In this document: positions 1 through 9,548 of the stretch, one piece after another
How positions within the stretch are numbered: position 1 is the first letter of the stretch
Layout: every line of letters begins with the position of its first letter
Source of the DNA: an uncultured delta proteobacterium
GTDB lineage: Bacteria; Bdellovibrionota; FAC87; UBA2466
DNA: 64,000 nucleotides
Assembly (NCBI GenBank): GCA_963778115.1
Contig: CAVZSV010000004.1
Location: 928,001-992,000 of the forward strand
Direction: 5' to 3'
Made by a program: the position numbers and the translations under genes
The notes under the pieces: model-generated
Database searches by the model: none
The model's input: the letters and a program-made list of their open reading frames with translations, nothing else
What the model was told of the DNA's origin: nothing

Positions 1-2
1 TA

Positions 3-782
3 CGCGATACGGGGTTCGCGCTGCCTCAGGGGGAAGTTCCCGCTTGGGTATTTGAAATGGCACCCTATCGACTCTTTTCCCTCTTTGGACTCGTTCGGAT
101 GTGGGAAATTAAACTCTTTCTTTTTCTGATGCTCTTTCTACTGGGAATTCGCCTGCTTCAACCCCGGACCAAAGCGACTTCCTTTCCCGTTTTGTTACTC
201 GTAATCACCACCTTCAGTATGTTGTGCCTCTCCCAGCTTTTGCATATTCCGTTATTAGAGGGGCGCATGCTAACTCCATTTCTTGTGATCTTTTTGTGGT
301 GGGCCGGGGAAACGATCGATCAGGTGTCGTCGAAGCCTCTGAAGCGGGTTCTCTTCGTTGTAGCCCTTAGTCTTCTGGTGCTCCCCTTCCATTTGCACCA
401 TGATGCCGACGATGGAGTCCCCGAACATTTTGCCGATCATGAAAAATTTGCAGCAAAGGTTTATAGCATTGTATCGGGCTTTCCCGATCGCTGTTTCTCC
501 TTTTCGGGAGATCCCGCCGGGGTGAAGTACGCGGCCAATTTTTATTTTTTGAAGGAACGCCAGATAACCCTGCAGGACGACTGTGCTCACCACTTCCATC
601 TTTTTTATGGAGAGGGGCTTTTCAGAGCAAAATACGAATGGACTCCTCCCAAAAACGCTGCTTTTGTTCAAAGGCTTTATGACGATGATAAAGGGAGAGT
701 CTTATTCTCTTTGCAAAACAAGGCTAAGAGGTTGACGATGAAGGACTCGTTGGCAACGCCGGCCCGTAGATCCAAAGATTAG
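3..782 (+). CDS. 5'-truncated polytopic membrane protein, possibly the C-terminal part of a GT-C (ArnT/PMT-like) glycosyltransferase
   Basis: Frame is open from the window edge (cgc gat acg...) through the ORF-track ATG at 57. Several hydrophobic helices followed by a soluble C-terminal domain. Confidence 0.55.
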   Translation, partial: RDTGFALPQGEVPAWVFEMAPYRLFSLFGLVRMWEIKLFLFLMLFLLGIRLLQPRTKATSFPVLLLVITTFSMLCLSQLLHIPLLEGRMLTPFLVIFLWWAGETIDQVSSKPLKRVLFVVALSLLVLPFHLHHDADDGVPEHFADHEKFAAKVYSIVSGFPDRCFSFSGDPAGVKYAANFYFLKERQITLQDDCAHHFHLFYGEGLFRAKYEWTPPKNAAFVQRLYDDDKGRVLFSLQNKAKRLTMKDSLATPARRSKD

Positions 783-2430
783 TCTCAATTGAAGGAAACT
801 GTTTTAACCCAATTTTTTTAAATTCGCTTACCAGCGCTTCCGACGGCGGTGAAATCAGAAGCACATATTTTTTCTCGGGAAATCTTGAAAGAAAGTCGAG
901 CGTCTCTTTAAGGTTTCCTGGCAAAAACACCGAGCGATTATCGGCAAACCAGGTCACATCGCGCTGAGGCTGGGCCAAAATAAGACTATCTTGAGAAATC
1001 CCCATCTCCCGTAGGTGGGTCAGCGACCACTGGTAAGGACGGATCCCCTCCCGCGGCGGCTCCTGAAAATTAGTCCAATTCACCTTTAGCTGAGACCACT
1101 GGATCATTAGAAAGAAACCCGCAGCGGTCGCTATCGCAATGGGTCTCCACTGGCGAGACCACCCACGTCCCAAAACGGGCAACAAAAGAATTGCCGCAAT
1201 GATCGCTTCCAAAAGGACAAAGGTCTGTTCGGATAAATGTCGATTTACCACTGCCAAGACAAGAAAAAAAATTCCTGCCGCAAGACAGGTCCGCCGGTTT
1301 AGGGAATGGCGAAGGAGCTTTAAATAACAGAGCGCAAAAAATAGATGAAAACCCACAAGGTGGATCTGAACCCGGTAGTCGTACCAAAAAAGTAAGACCG
1401 AGGCCATCGAGGTTGCATAACTTAAGAGGAAGAAACCGAGCCAGGGGCTGCGTTTTCTCCAAAGCAGCCACAAAAGAGCGGGCGCAAATACCCACCAGTC
1501 TCCCCACCAATTGTTGATTTCTCTAAGCATCCTTTTCCCGTAGGAAAAAGCCTTTCGCAGGACGAATTTCCGATAGGTCCACATCGCTTGAAGGGTTCCC
1601 GGCCTTACCGGCATATAAATATTAAGATCAGGCCCTCCAAAATGTTCGATCTCTTTTACCGGTGAATAGGTCTCGGCATATTTGATCTCCCCCCGAGAGC
1701 TAGACCAAAGGCCAAAAGAGGTCGGGATAAGAAATCCCAGCGCAAAAAGGGCAACGCCCCAACTCCTCCTCGTCCGCCAGGTCAGATAAAAGAAACCTGG
1801 GGCCAATATCATTCCGGTGGCACGGGAAAGGTGCAAAACACCGAGTCCTAGCCCCGAAAGAAAGGAAGCCATTAAGGGCGGCTTCATTCTTTGGAGCATG
1901 AAAATGGTGAGTAGCACGACGAACATAAGCGATTCGGTGAGACCCAAAAGCTCTAAATTTAAAAGAGCCGGACAAAAGGCCAACAGAAATGCGCCCCAAG
2001 TTGCCAAAAAGGGCGAGACCATTTTTCTTAAGTAGCAGTAAGCCAAGGGCAAAATAAGAGTCATATAAATGGCCGTCGTATAAAAAACCGGCCGGTAGGA
2101 GCTATCTCCCAAGAGTTTCATCAGCCCCGCAATGATCAAAGGATGAATGACGGCAAAGACATAGGAATTAAGACTGTGCTTGGCGTCCGAAAGCTGCATG
2201 ACGTGGATGGCATCGACCCGAAATCCTAGACCGCGAATGAAGTTTCGAGCCATCGTCCCATAATGTTTCAAATCGTGGCCCGCGGCCCACAAACCTTCGC
2301 CGTACTTCACGGCCCTAAAAATGTTGTAAGCAAAAAGGACAGCCATTCCACAAGCAATAATAGGCCATGGCCAAAAGGCCGCACGATCTCGGTGAAGTTT
2401 TAAAAGCTTGGATCCTGATTGCATGAGCAC
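724..2430 (-). CDS. Polytopic membrane protein, GT-C fold glycosyltransferase (ArnT/PMT_2-like)
   Basis: 568 aa with more than 10 TM segments. N-terminal 'HDLKHYGTMARN', 'HPLIIA', 'LTESL' and 'LSR' resemble GT-C family motifs. Confidence 0.65.
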   Translation of the reverse strand: MLMQSGSKLLKLHRDRAAFWPWPIIACGMAVLFAYNIFRAVKYGEGLWAAGHDLKHYGTMARNFIRGLGFRVDAIHVMQLSDAKHSLNSYVFAVIHPLIIAGLMKLLGDSSYRPVFYTTAIYMTLILPLAYCYLRKMVSPFLATWGAFLLAFCPALLNLELLGLTESLMFVVLLTIFMLQRMKPPLMASFLSGLGLGVLHLSRATGMILAPGFFYLTWRTRRSWGVALFALGFLIPTSFGLWSSSRGEIKYAETYSPVKEIEHFGGPDLNIYMPVRPGTLQAMWTYRKFVLRKAFSYGKRMLREINNWWGDWWVFAPALLWLLWRKRSPWLGFFLLSYATSMASVLLFWYDYRVQIHLVGFHLFFALCYLKLLRHSLNRRTCLAAGIFFLVLAVVNRHLSEQTFVLLEAIIAAILLLPVLGRGWSRQWRPIAIATAAGFFLMIQWSQLKVNWTNFQEPPREGIRPYQWSLTHLREMGISQDSLILAQPQRDVTWFADNRSVFLPGNLKETLDFLSRFPEKKYVLLISPPSEALVSEFKKIGLKQFPSIETNLWIYGPALPTSPSSSTS

Positions 2431-2523
2431 TGAATGGGCTGGATAGTAATGTTAGCCTAAAATTTGAGGTAAATCGAACTAACAGTGTCGGACTAGCAGA
2501 ATGAAATTGCCGCATCGCTTCGC

Positions 2524-3294
2524 TTAAGCAACTTCCGTCAAATGGCGTTTGGGTTTCACTTGAACCTGGAGATGGTTCTCAATCTCTTTGACTCCCCAGA
2601 CGGAATCTACGAGATGTTCGGCAACCCTTCGAGCACGCCGGGACTTCACGTCACCTTCTAAAATTACCTCTCCCGCCTTCACATGCACGGTAATGTCTTG
2701 GGCATCAAATTCTCTTTGATGGTATAGCCGCTCGTTGATCTCCTCTTCGATCCGAGCGTCCGATCGTTGGTAGGAGCGGGGGCCCATAGGCTCATGCTCT
2801 CGTCCACGTTCTTGATCGTAGACAGGCAAACCAAAATATCCCAAACCATAGAGCGGCCAGTTAGAATATCCCATGGGGTCGGGAACTCCGCCGAAATAGC
2901 GATGATTTTGAAAGCCTTTATTGGTCCAGATGTCGGTATCCCGATTTCTCCCGGCGTTTCGTGGAGTTACTCCCACACTACCCGCAATTCCCAGCGCCAG
3001 AAAGACAGCGGCAAAACCAAAATTCCACCACAATAAGGAATTACTCCCCACCATCGCGACACCAAAAATCCAAACGATAAACAAAGCCACAGACAGAAGA
3101 ATGGGGCCTCCCACTTGAGCCAAGTGCTTTCGGTCTCGCTCCGAAGATGGAATCATGACTGCCGTGCCGAAAGAAACGATCCCGGCGACTAAGTCAGCCC
3201 ATGCTACCCACGTCACTGCTCCCGGCATGTTTAAACCAGCTAGCCATAATAAAGTTAATCCCACGCCAAGTACGATGCAGAACCCTTTGATCAT
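2524..3294 (-). CDS. Four-TM (SPW-repeat-like) membrane domain fused to a C-terminal BON domain
   Basis: 'GPRSYQRSDARIEEEINERL...ITVHVKAGEVILEGDV...VWGVKEIENHL' is a typical BON domain. AGGAGGAG RBS upstream. Confidence 0.8.
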   Translation of the reverse strand: MIKGFCIVLGVGLTLLWLAGLNMPGAVTWVAWADLVAGIVSFGTAVMIPSSERDRKHLAQVGGPILLSVALFIVWIFGVAMVGSNSLLWWNFGFAAVFLALGIAGSVGVTPRNAGRNRDTDIWTNKGFQNHRYFGGVPDPMGYSNWPLYGLGYFGLPVYDQERGREHEPMGPRSYQRSDARIEEEINERLYHQREFDAQDITVHVKAGEVILEGDVKSRRARRVAEHLVDSVWGVKEIENHLQVQVKPKRHLTEVA

Positions 3295-3318
3295 AACTCC
3301 TCCTAAACAAAAAATTGC

Positions 3319-3678
3319 CTAAGCACTCCGGCGAAAAGGCATTTGATTATCAAACCGGTTTTGATCTCTTCCTGAAGCCGCCGTCAGCACCAGAAACGTG
3401 CAAGCGAAAGCGAAATTCCACCACGTCATCCAAGGAACTACTCCGACAATAAGAGCGGCCCCCCAAAGAACAAAGAGCGCTGCCGCCATGCCGATACAAC
3501 CGCCGGTCAATGAGGAACGGCTGCTTTCAGGGCCCAGGGAGCCAGCGAACACCAAAGCCGCAACGCCGGCCACTCCATCGAGCCACGTTAACCAGCCTGA
3601 AGCGTTAACGGTCGAAATTCCTGCTATCCAAAGAACGATAAGACCAACCCCTAAAATGGTAGATATTCCTTTAATCAT
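3319..3678 (-). CDS. Small four-TM SPW-repeat-like membrane protein, paralog of the N-terminus of the downstream BON protein
   Basis: ATG at 3678 with AGGAG RBS. 'MIKGISTILGVGLIVLWIAG...WWNFAFA' aligns with 'MIKGFCIVLGVGLTLLWLAG...WWNFGFA'. Confidence 0.75.
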   Translation of the reverse strand: MIKGISTILGVGLIVLWIAGISTVNASGWLTWLDGVAGVAALVFAGSLGPESSRSSLTGGCIGMAAALFVLWGAALIVGVVPWMTWWNFAFACTFLVLTAASGRDQNRFDNQMPFRRSA

Positions 3679-3727
3679 ACGAAAACTCCTTTTGCTGAGG
3701 CTCTCGTCCAGTTTCACAAATACAAAC

Positions 3728-3744
3728 TGCAAAGCGAGGGCCAA
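3728..3744 (-). promoter_or_regulatory. Putative sigma-54 (-24/-12) promoter
   Basis: Minus strand reads TTGGCCCTCGCTTTGCA (GG-N10-GC), about 50 nt upstream of the ATG at 3678. Confidence 0.6.
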
Positions 3745-3939
3745 CCGCTGCTAGGCCTGAAAACCGAATAGAAGGTTCCGTTGTGGAAAATAGCGTCGCG
3801 GAAAGCGACAAACGTTGAAATGCTACCTCCGCTAACAACGCCAGATGAGATTAGCGCAACGAGTCATAATCTCTTTGCATTTATATTCCGATAAACCAGG
3901 GAGATAGTGCGCAGCTATGCGCTAGAGGAGAACGCTCGG

Positions 3940-4860
3940 ATGGCAAGCGGGTTTTGGGCCTCGCGACAAAAAAAGCGAGGGAAAATTCAGCAAGAGTCCT
4001 TCAATAGGGACAAGCACTGGACCCGTAAATTTTCCGTGCGTACGGAATGCTGGCCCATCGTTGAGCATTGGGCAAACGAGTACGACTACCATCTCATCGC
4101 TATCCGGGGAAAACGAAGGCTCTACCAAAAAGGTTATCCCGGATCGCTTTACGTCACTAACTTCGACATAAGACAAGAAGAAGGACACGTCATCTTAGCC
4201 GCTTGGATAGTACCCAGCTTTCTTACGCGCGCTCTTTCTTTTTTTACGATGCCTAAGGAATTAAAGATCGATCCCAGGGGCCATTCGGGAATTGTAAAGC
4301 GGCGCAGGATCTGCCGAGAGATGAATGCTCTGCTCGAAAGATTCAAACAAAACTCCATCCATGAAAGTACCGGCATCCATTGGGCGGATCTCGATCCGAC
4401 GACTTTGATTCTCGCAGGCGCCTTGGGACTTCCGCTTTTTATTTTTCTGGCCGGAACGGTCAATGGATTTGAGATAAGGCCCGGATTGGTTCCCCTACTG
4501 TTGGCGGCTGTGGGAAGGCCACTCGCTTGGCTTACTGCCCTTGCGGCCGCCGTAGTTTTGTTGCACCAAAGTCTTGCTCTTAATCGATTAAAAACGCTTC
4601 CGCTCAAAGCCATCTCAGCGGGAAGCATATTTGTTCTCTATACGGTGCTTACTCTCGTAGTCACGAGTCGAACGACTTGGGATATGACAGAAGCCAAAGT
4701 CACCTTTCACTGCGTGCAAAAATATAAGAAAGAGGTGTGCGAAGGAATTTTAGGTCGTCTCAGCATCAAACAGCGAACTCACGTATTGGAAAAACTTCAA
4801 CAGCTCGAAAAAGAGCTGACCGCGAAAGACGCTTCAAACTCTTTGGGGAATGTTCGGTAA
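3940..4860 (+). CDS. Hypothetical membrane protein (basic soluble N-terminal domain plus about 3 TM helices)
   Basis: Long ORF. ATG at 3940 preceded by AGAGGAG. No recognisable motif. Confidence 0.6.
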   Translation: MASGFWASRQKKRGKIQQESFNRDKHWTRKFSVRTECWPIVEHWANEYDYHLIAIRGKRRLYQKGYPGSLYVTNFDIRQEEGHVILAAWIVPSFLTRALSFFTMPKELKIDPRGHSGIVKRRRICREMNALLERFKQNSIHESTGIHWADLDPTTLILAGALGLPLFIFLAGTVNGFEIRPGLVPLLLAAVGRPLAWLTALAAAVVLLHQSLALNRLKTLPLKAISAGSIFVLYTVLTLVVTSRTTWDMTEAKVTFHCVQKYKKEVCEGILGRLSIKQRTHVLEKLQQLEKELTAKDASNSLGNVR

Positions 4861-4871
4861 TAGCACTAAGA

Positions 4872-4894
4872 AGCGCTCCTTCGGAGCGTCATCT
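4872..4894. repeat. REP-like palindromic repeat, copy 1 (AGCGCTCCTTCGGAGCGTCATCT)
   Basis: Exact 23-bp reverse complement of 24801-24823. Forms hairpin CGCTCC-TTC-GGAGCG. Intergenic, just after a stop codon. Confidence 0.75.
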
Positions 4895-4992
4895 ACCCGA
4901 CTCTCCCGCCCCCGCCCACCTTAAATGTTGGAAAAAGAGAAGTAGCGCGTCCCATCCGAGTAAAACGTCCCAATCACGTGGTACTGAAATCC

Positions 4993-6144
4993 TCAAAGGC
5001 TTTTGGAAAAGATTCCGGAAACGTTAGGGAGAGATTCAAGGGCGTGAGGCGGCGAAGTAGGAGCCCCTGCCGACTTCACCTCACCGCTGCAGGTAGATAC
5101 CCTCTCCATTCTGGAAAGCCTTTCTCCGGCAAATTCCTTTTTTAGAGCAGCTACCGCCGTGCGAAGGTTCAAATCTACGGCGTCTCCCGAATCGACTTCA
5201 TACTCCTTTAGCCATTCACAATATTTGTCCCTGTCGAACCATGACACTGTTCTGACCGGTGTGGTACTCGCTAGCGGCGTTCTTAAGTATCCTAAGGGAA
5301 AGCCATAAAGCTTAATGTCTGCCGTTTTCTCTCCTATATCCTGGCGTAACATCACTAAGACCGATTTCTCGTCGTTCTTTTCTCCTCGCACCCAGGGCTC
5401 AATTCCAATGACAAGGACCGGGATAGCCTTTTCGCCATCGACTTGGATGAAATAATTTTGTTCCTGCGGTTTGGCATCGGAAGCTTTCTGGAACTTCCCT
5501 ACCAAAGGCAGCACTCGATCCCCCACGTCCTCCAAAGGGATTAGCGTTGCATCCAATGGGGAGGTCATCTCCGTAACATCGTCTAAAGCGCGTCTCCACG
5601 TTTTGACCTCAAATCCGGCAAAGTAGCGCGGGCGGCCCGTCGTAAGGTCGATAAAGATTCCATAATAGACGGCAGGGGCCAGAAGTCCGTCGTCGGTTTC
5701 AACCATTACCATGCTATCCTCGCCGTCCGGAACCAAGCGAAACAGTGTCCTTAGCACGGGAGCCGAGATGAGATCGAGTCGCTGCTCCACGCGTCGCTTC
5801 CCCCTTTTTCCAACGACATAACTTTGCAAGACGGGCAGGTACCGGGTCGGTATTTTGTCTGAGTTTCGAGAGGCCACTGAGAAGAACAGACGGGAAGGAC
5901 TCTCCTCTGTTCTGGCCATTTCTATCGGTTGATCCGGATTTTCGGGTGGGTCCTCGTCGATGCCCACTCTGCGATGAATGATTTGAACTGATACCTGAAG
6001 GGGCACTCCAAAGCCATCTAGCGTGATAGGCTCATTGGCGTGAGCAGGGGATGCCGCCCCTAAAGCGAAAGATACCGCTAGAATCAATTTCGATGAAATC
6101 GATGATAGTAGCGCCGAAAACGGCGATGATGCCTTGGTTCCCAT
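4993..6144 (-). CDS. Hypothetical secreted protein
   Basis: 383-aa ORF with signal peptide ending 'SPAHA-NE'. No known motif recognised. Confidence 0.65.
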   Translation of the reverse strand: MGTKASSPFSALLSSISSKLILAVSFALGAASPAHANEPITLDGFGVPLQVSVQIIHRRVGIDEDPPENPDQPIEMARTEESPSRLFFSVASRNSDKIPTRYLPVLQSYVVGKRGKRRVEQRLDLISAPVLRTLFRLVPDGEDSMVMVETDDGLLAPAVYYGIFIDLTTGRPRYFAGFEVKTWRRALDDVTEMTSPLDATLIPLEDVGDRVLPLVGKFQKASDAKPQEQNYFIQVDGEKAIPVLVIGIEPWVRGEKNDEKSVLVMLRQDIGEKTADIKLYGFPLGYLRTPLASTTPVRTVSWFDRDKYCEWLKEYEVDSGDAVDLNLRTAVAALKKEFAGERLSRMERVSTCSGEVKSAGAPTSPPHALESLPNVSGIFSKSL

Positions 6145-6261
6145 TCCCCAATCCCCCCAAACCTAATGACTTGATAGAAGCGAATGTGGGGATGCGCGTC
6201 AATAAAAATAATGCCGGTGGGGTTGGTTTCTCTCCTTTAATCCTTGGATGCCTGGATACCA

Positions 6262-7233
6262 TTATCCAGGCGCAAACCGATCACAAGCCGCAATCAAAGC
6301 CCGGCACGTACCCGGCTCAAACACCGAATGTCCCGCATCTGGGATGATCGTTAGCTCCGCTTCCGGCCACGCCCTGTGCAACGCCCACGCGCTATCCATG
6401 GGACAGACAACGTCGTAACGACCTTGAACGATAACCGCGGGAATATGGCGAATTTTGGAAACGTTTCGAAGCAACTGGTCGTCATGTTCAAAAAATCCCT
6501 TATTTACAAAATAGTGGCACTCAATGCGGGCAAATGCGGTTGCAAAATCTTCTTTCCCGTAATCGTCGATAAATTTAGTATCGGGAAAGAGTTTGCTTGT
6601 ACTTCCCTCCCATTGACTCCAAATCCGAGCGGCCGCAAGAAGGGTACTCTTATCGTTGCTGGTGAGGCGCTTGTAGTAGGCTTTTACGAGATCCCCTCGC
6701 TCGGCAACGGGAATATGATTCAGGTAGGGTTCCCAAGCATCAGGGTACAACTGACTAGCCCCTTCTTGATAAAACCAATCGATCTCTTTTTTTCGAAGCA
6801 GAAAGATACCCCGTAAAAGGAGCTCCGTTACCGCTTCAGGATGAGTCTCCGCATAGGCCAAAGCGAGCGTACTGCCCCACGAACCTCCAAAGACCTGCCA
6901 TTTTGCTATTTTCAGATGGTGACGAATCTTTTCCATATCGGCGACCAGATCCCAGGTGGTGTTCTGTTGCAGACAAGCATGGGGAATACTCTTCCCACAG
7001 CCACGCTGATCGAAAAGGACGATGCGATATTTTTCGGGATTGAAGAATCTACGATGCTTCGCATCGCACCCGCCTCCGGGACCTCCATGGACAAAGACCA
7101 CGGGTTTTCCCGACGGATTTCCAGACTCCTCGTAATAAATTTCATGAATGTCAGAAACTTTAAGCATCCCCGTAAGGTAGGGAGTCAGGGGGGGGTATTG
7201 TGAAGTTTGCGAATCCTTTTGAGCTTGATGCAT
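6262..7233 (-). CDS. pip: Proline iminopeptidase (S33, alpha/beta hydrolase)
   Basis: HGGPG, 'FDQRGCGKS', GGSWGS nucleophile elbow, 'QGRYDVVCP', 'DAGHS'. Confidence 0.97.
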   Translation of the reverse strand: MHQAQKDSQTSQYPPLTPYLTGMLKVSDIHEIYYEESGNPSGKPVVFVHGGPGGGCDAKHRRFFNPEKYRIVLFDQRGCGKSIPHACLQQNTTWDLVADMEKIRHHLKIAKWQVFGGSWGSTLALAYAETHPEAVTELLLRGIFLLRKKEIDWFYQEGASQLYPDAWEPYLNHIPVAERGDLVKAYYKRLTSNDKSTLLAAARIWSQWEGSTSKLFPDTKFIDDYGKEDFATAFARIECHYFVNKGFFEHDDQLLRNVSKIRHIPAVIVQGRYDVVCPMDSAWALHRAWPEAELTIIPDAGHSVFEPGTCRALIAACDRFAPG

Positions 7234-7433
7234 GGCGACATTCCTTACTTTAACGTTACATAGGCTTTAACAAGTGTTTCACCTAAATCAATCCCAATCC
7301 TGCTAAGAAAATAAAGACATGTCATCCTAGATTAAGTAGATAAGCGCGCGTTCATTCACACCTGCGAAACTTTTTTCGAGGCGCGCTTGATAACAAGATC
7401 TTAAAAACCAAATCCCCCTTTCCGGAGAACATC

Positions 7434-8582
7434 ATGAGAGCCTTCAGCCGCATTCTATGCATTGCGTGGCTTGTGACATCGTGGGCAGCGCTCGCCATCA
7501 CCCCTTCGCCCAAAGCGATGGAAAAGCTGGAGACCTTGCGAAAACGAAGCACGAAGGAGGGATGGACCTTCAGTGTTGCTTATAGTCCCGTGATGGAATA
7601 TCCGGTCCAAAATGTGACGGGCTTCATTCATTCGGATCATTGGAAAAAGCATGCGCTATTTATAAGCCCGCGCATCACGACCCTCCCCACCAATTTTGAT
7701 TGGCGCGATGAAGCGGGAGGTCTCACCCCTATTAAGAATCAAGGGCAATGTGGAAGTTGCTGGGCTTTCGGCACGGTAGCGGTTTTCGAAAACCTGCTCA
7801 AGATACGCGACAACGTCACTAAGAGTTTAAGTGAACAGCAGTTGGTTTCCTGTAACGACCAGGGCTGGAGCTGCAACGGGGGTGAGTTCGCGCACGATAT
7901 GCACGTCAATCCCGGAGCCGCTTTAACGTCGGATTTCCCCTACACCGCCAGCGATAGCGACTGTAAGCCCGGACTGACGTATACGGGACAGATCCAAAGC
8001 TGGGCCTATATCAGCGGTTCGGCCGACTCCACTCCCACGACAGAGCAGATCAAGCAGGCCATTCATGATGACGGTCCTGTTTCCATCACGGTATCGGCTA
8101 CCGATAGTTTCCAAGCGTATAGCGGCGGAATTTATAATGCTAACGACGGATCGGAGACCAACCACTTGGTAGCACTGGTCGGATATAACGACGACGGGCA
8201 GTATTGGATCCTAAGAAATAGTTGGGGGGCTTCCTGGGGCGAAGACGGCTATATGAGAATTAAGTACGGAACCAATAGCGTTGCCCAACAGGCAGCATTC
8301 GTAAATTACAAATCAGCGTGCACACCTCAGCCAATTCCATACGTGGGAAACGATCAGACCATCCAATCGGGACAGTCGGTCTTTATCGGAGGCATGGCGG
8401 TCATCGGGCAAACCTATGCCTGGACTCCCACGACGGGCCTGGACGATCCCACATCATCTTCGCCGTTAGCCTCGCCAACGGCGACGACCACCTATACGGT
8501 AAAAGCGACGAACGATTGCGGTACGGCCACACAATCGGTGACGGTCACCGTATCGGCGAATATGCCCAAGCGAACCCATTAA
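7434..8582 (+). CDS. Secreted papain-family (C1A) cysteine peptidase with C-terminal Ig/PKD-like domain
   Basis: Signal peptide, 'QGQCGSCWAF', 'NHLVALVGY', 'ILRNSWG..WGEDGY', and a T/S-rich beta-type C-terminal domain. Confidence 0.95.
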   Translation: MRAFSRILCIAWLVTSWAALAITPSPKAMEKLETLRKRSTKEGWTFSVAYSPVMEYPVQNVTGFIHSDHWKKHALFISPRITTLPTNFDWRDEAGGLTPIKNQGQCGSCWAFGTVAVFENLLKIRDNVTKSLSEQQLVSCNDQGWSCNGGEFAHDMHVNPGAALTSDFPYTASDSDCKPGLTYTGQIQSWAYISGSADSTPTTEQIKQAIHDDGPVSITVSATDSFQAYSGGIYNANDGSETNHLVALVGYNDDGQYWILRNSWGASWGEDGYMRIKYGTNSVAQQAAFVNYKSACTPQPIPYVGNDQTIQSGQSVFIGGMAVIGQTYAWTPTTGLDDPTSSSPLASPTATTTYTVKATNDCGTATQSVTVTVSANMPKRTH

Positions 8583-8651
8583 GTCTTCGTTATTGATAAA
8601 CATCGGAGAATCCCCTTGCCTGTATCACCGCACCTTGTAGTTTAGCGGGCG

Positions 8652-9548
8652 ATGGCAGGACGCACTTACCTTATTATCGGAAACGGGGCCTTGGGTACCG
8701 GTGTAGCGGCCCATCTCCATTTGATGGGGATGGTTCCCAGGCTTCTCTCGCGCCGAGGCCCAGAAGCGATACGATCGCGAGTCGAACAGTCTCCTCTAGG
8801 AGATGTCGAACTCTCGCTCCCCGAACTAAGTCGCTGGGAAGCCAGCCAAGCCCAGGCTATCTTAGTCACGGTAAAAGCCCATCAACTTAGACTCGCCCTT
8901 TTGCAGCATTTGCCTTCCCTTCCGAAGTCCGCTCCTATTATAAGTTTAGGTAACGGCGCTATCGATGAAGAGTTAAAATTTCTCTCACGCCAATTTCCCG
9001 ATCGCAAATTTCGCTGGGGGACCACCACATTAGCCGTGACACGCCTTGGGGAAAGCGTTTTTTCATTTAGAAACCCCAAAGCGACCATCACGTGGGGCCC
9101 TCTCGTGCCATCCGAGGACGACCCTCTCGAAGGAGAACGACAACTCTTAACCCATTCTCCTTCTTTGTTTCGCTGGGAAAATGATCCGATCACGTCTGGG
9201 AGAAGAAAGTGGCTCTTCAACACGGTTCTGAACTCTCTAGCAGCCAGTGAATCGGCCCCGACCAACGGATCGCTCCTCTTACACCGCGAACGACTCGATA
9301 TCCTATTTCAAGAGGCTTTCGAGTTGGGAGAACTACACTGGGGTCCCTGGCGACAACCCAAAAACGAACTTTTCGAACAGCTCTTGGATTTGATTGAAAA
9401 GACTCACGACAATGAAAATTCCATGGCTCAAGACATTCGTTTAGGAAAGGTGACCGAGACCGATTTTCTGGCGGGAATCGCCCGGCGCTACCCCGGATTT
9501 GAAATGCTAAAATTATTGCAGGAAAAGCTTTCGGGCTTTCACAGCTAA
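8652..9548 (+). CDS. panE: Ketopantoate reductase (PanE/ApbA) family protein
   Basis: GNGALG Rossmann motif, 'VTVKAHQ', 'SLGNG', 'KWLFNTVLNSL', 'NSMAQDI...TETDFLAG'. Confidence 0.8.
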   Translation: MAGRTYLIIGNGALGTGVAAHLHLMGMVPRLLSRRGPEAIRSRVEQSPLGDVELSLPELSRWEASQAQAILVTVKAHQLRLALLQHLPSLPKSAPIISLGNGAIDEELKFLSRQFPDRKFRWGTTTLAVTRLGESVFSFRNPKATITWGPLVPSEDDPLEGERQLLTHSPSLFRWENDPITSGRRKWLFNTVLNSLAASESAPTNGSLLLHRERLDILFQEAFELGELHWGPWRQPKNELFEQLLDLIEKTHDNENSMAQDIRLGKVTETDFLAGIARRYPGFEMLKLLQEKLSGFHS

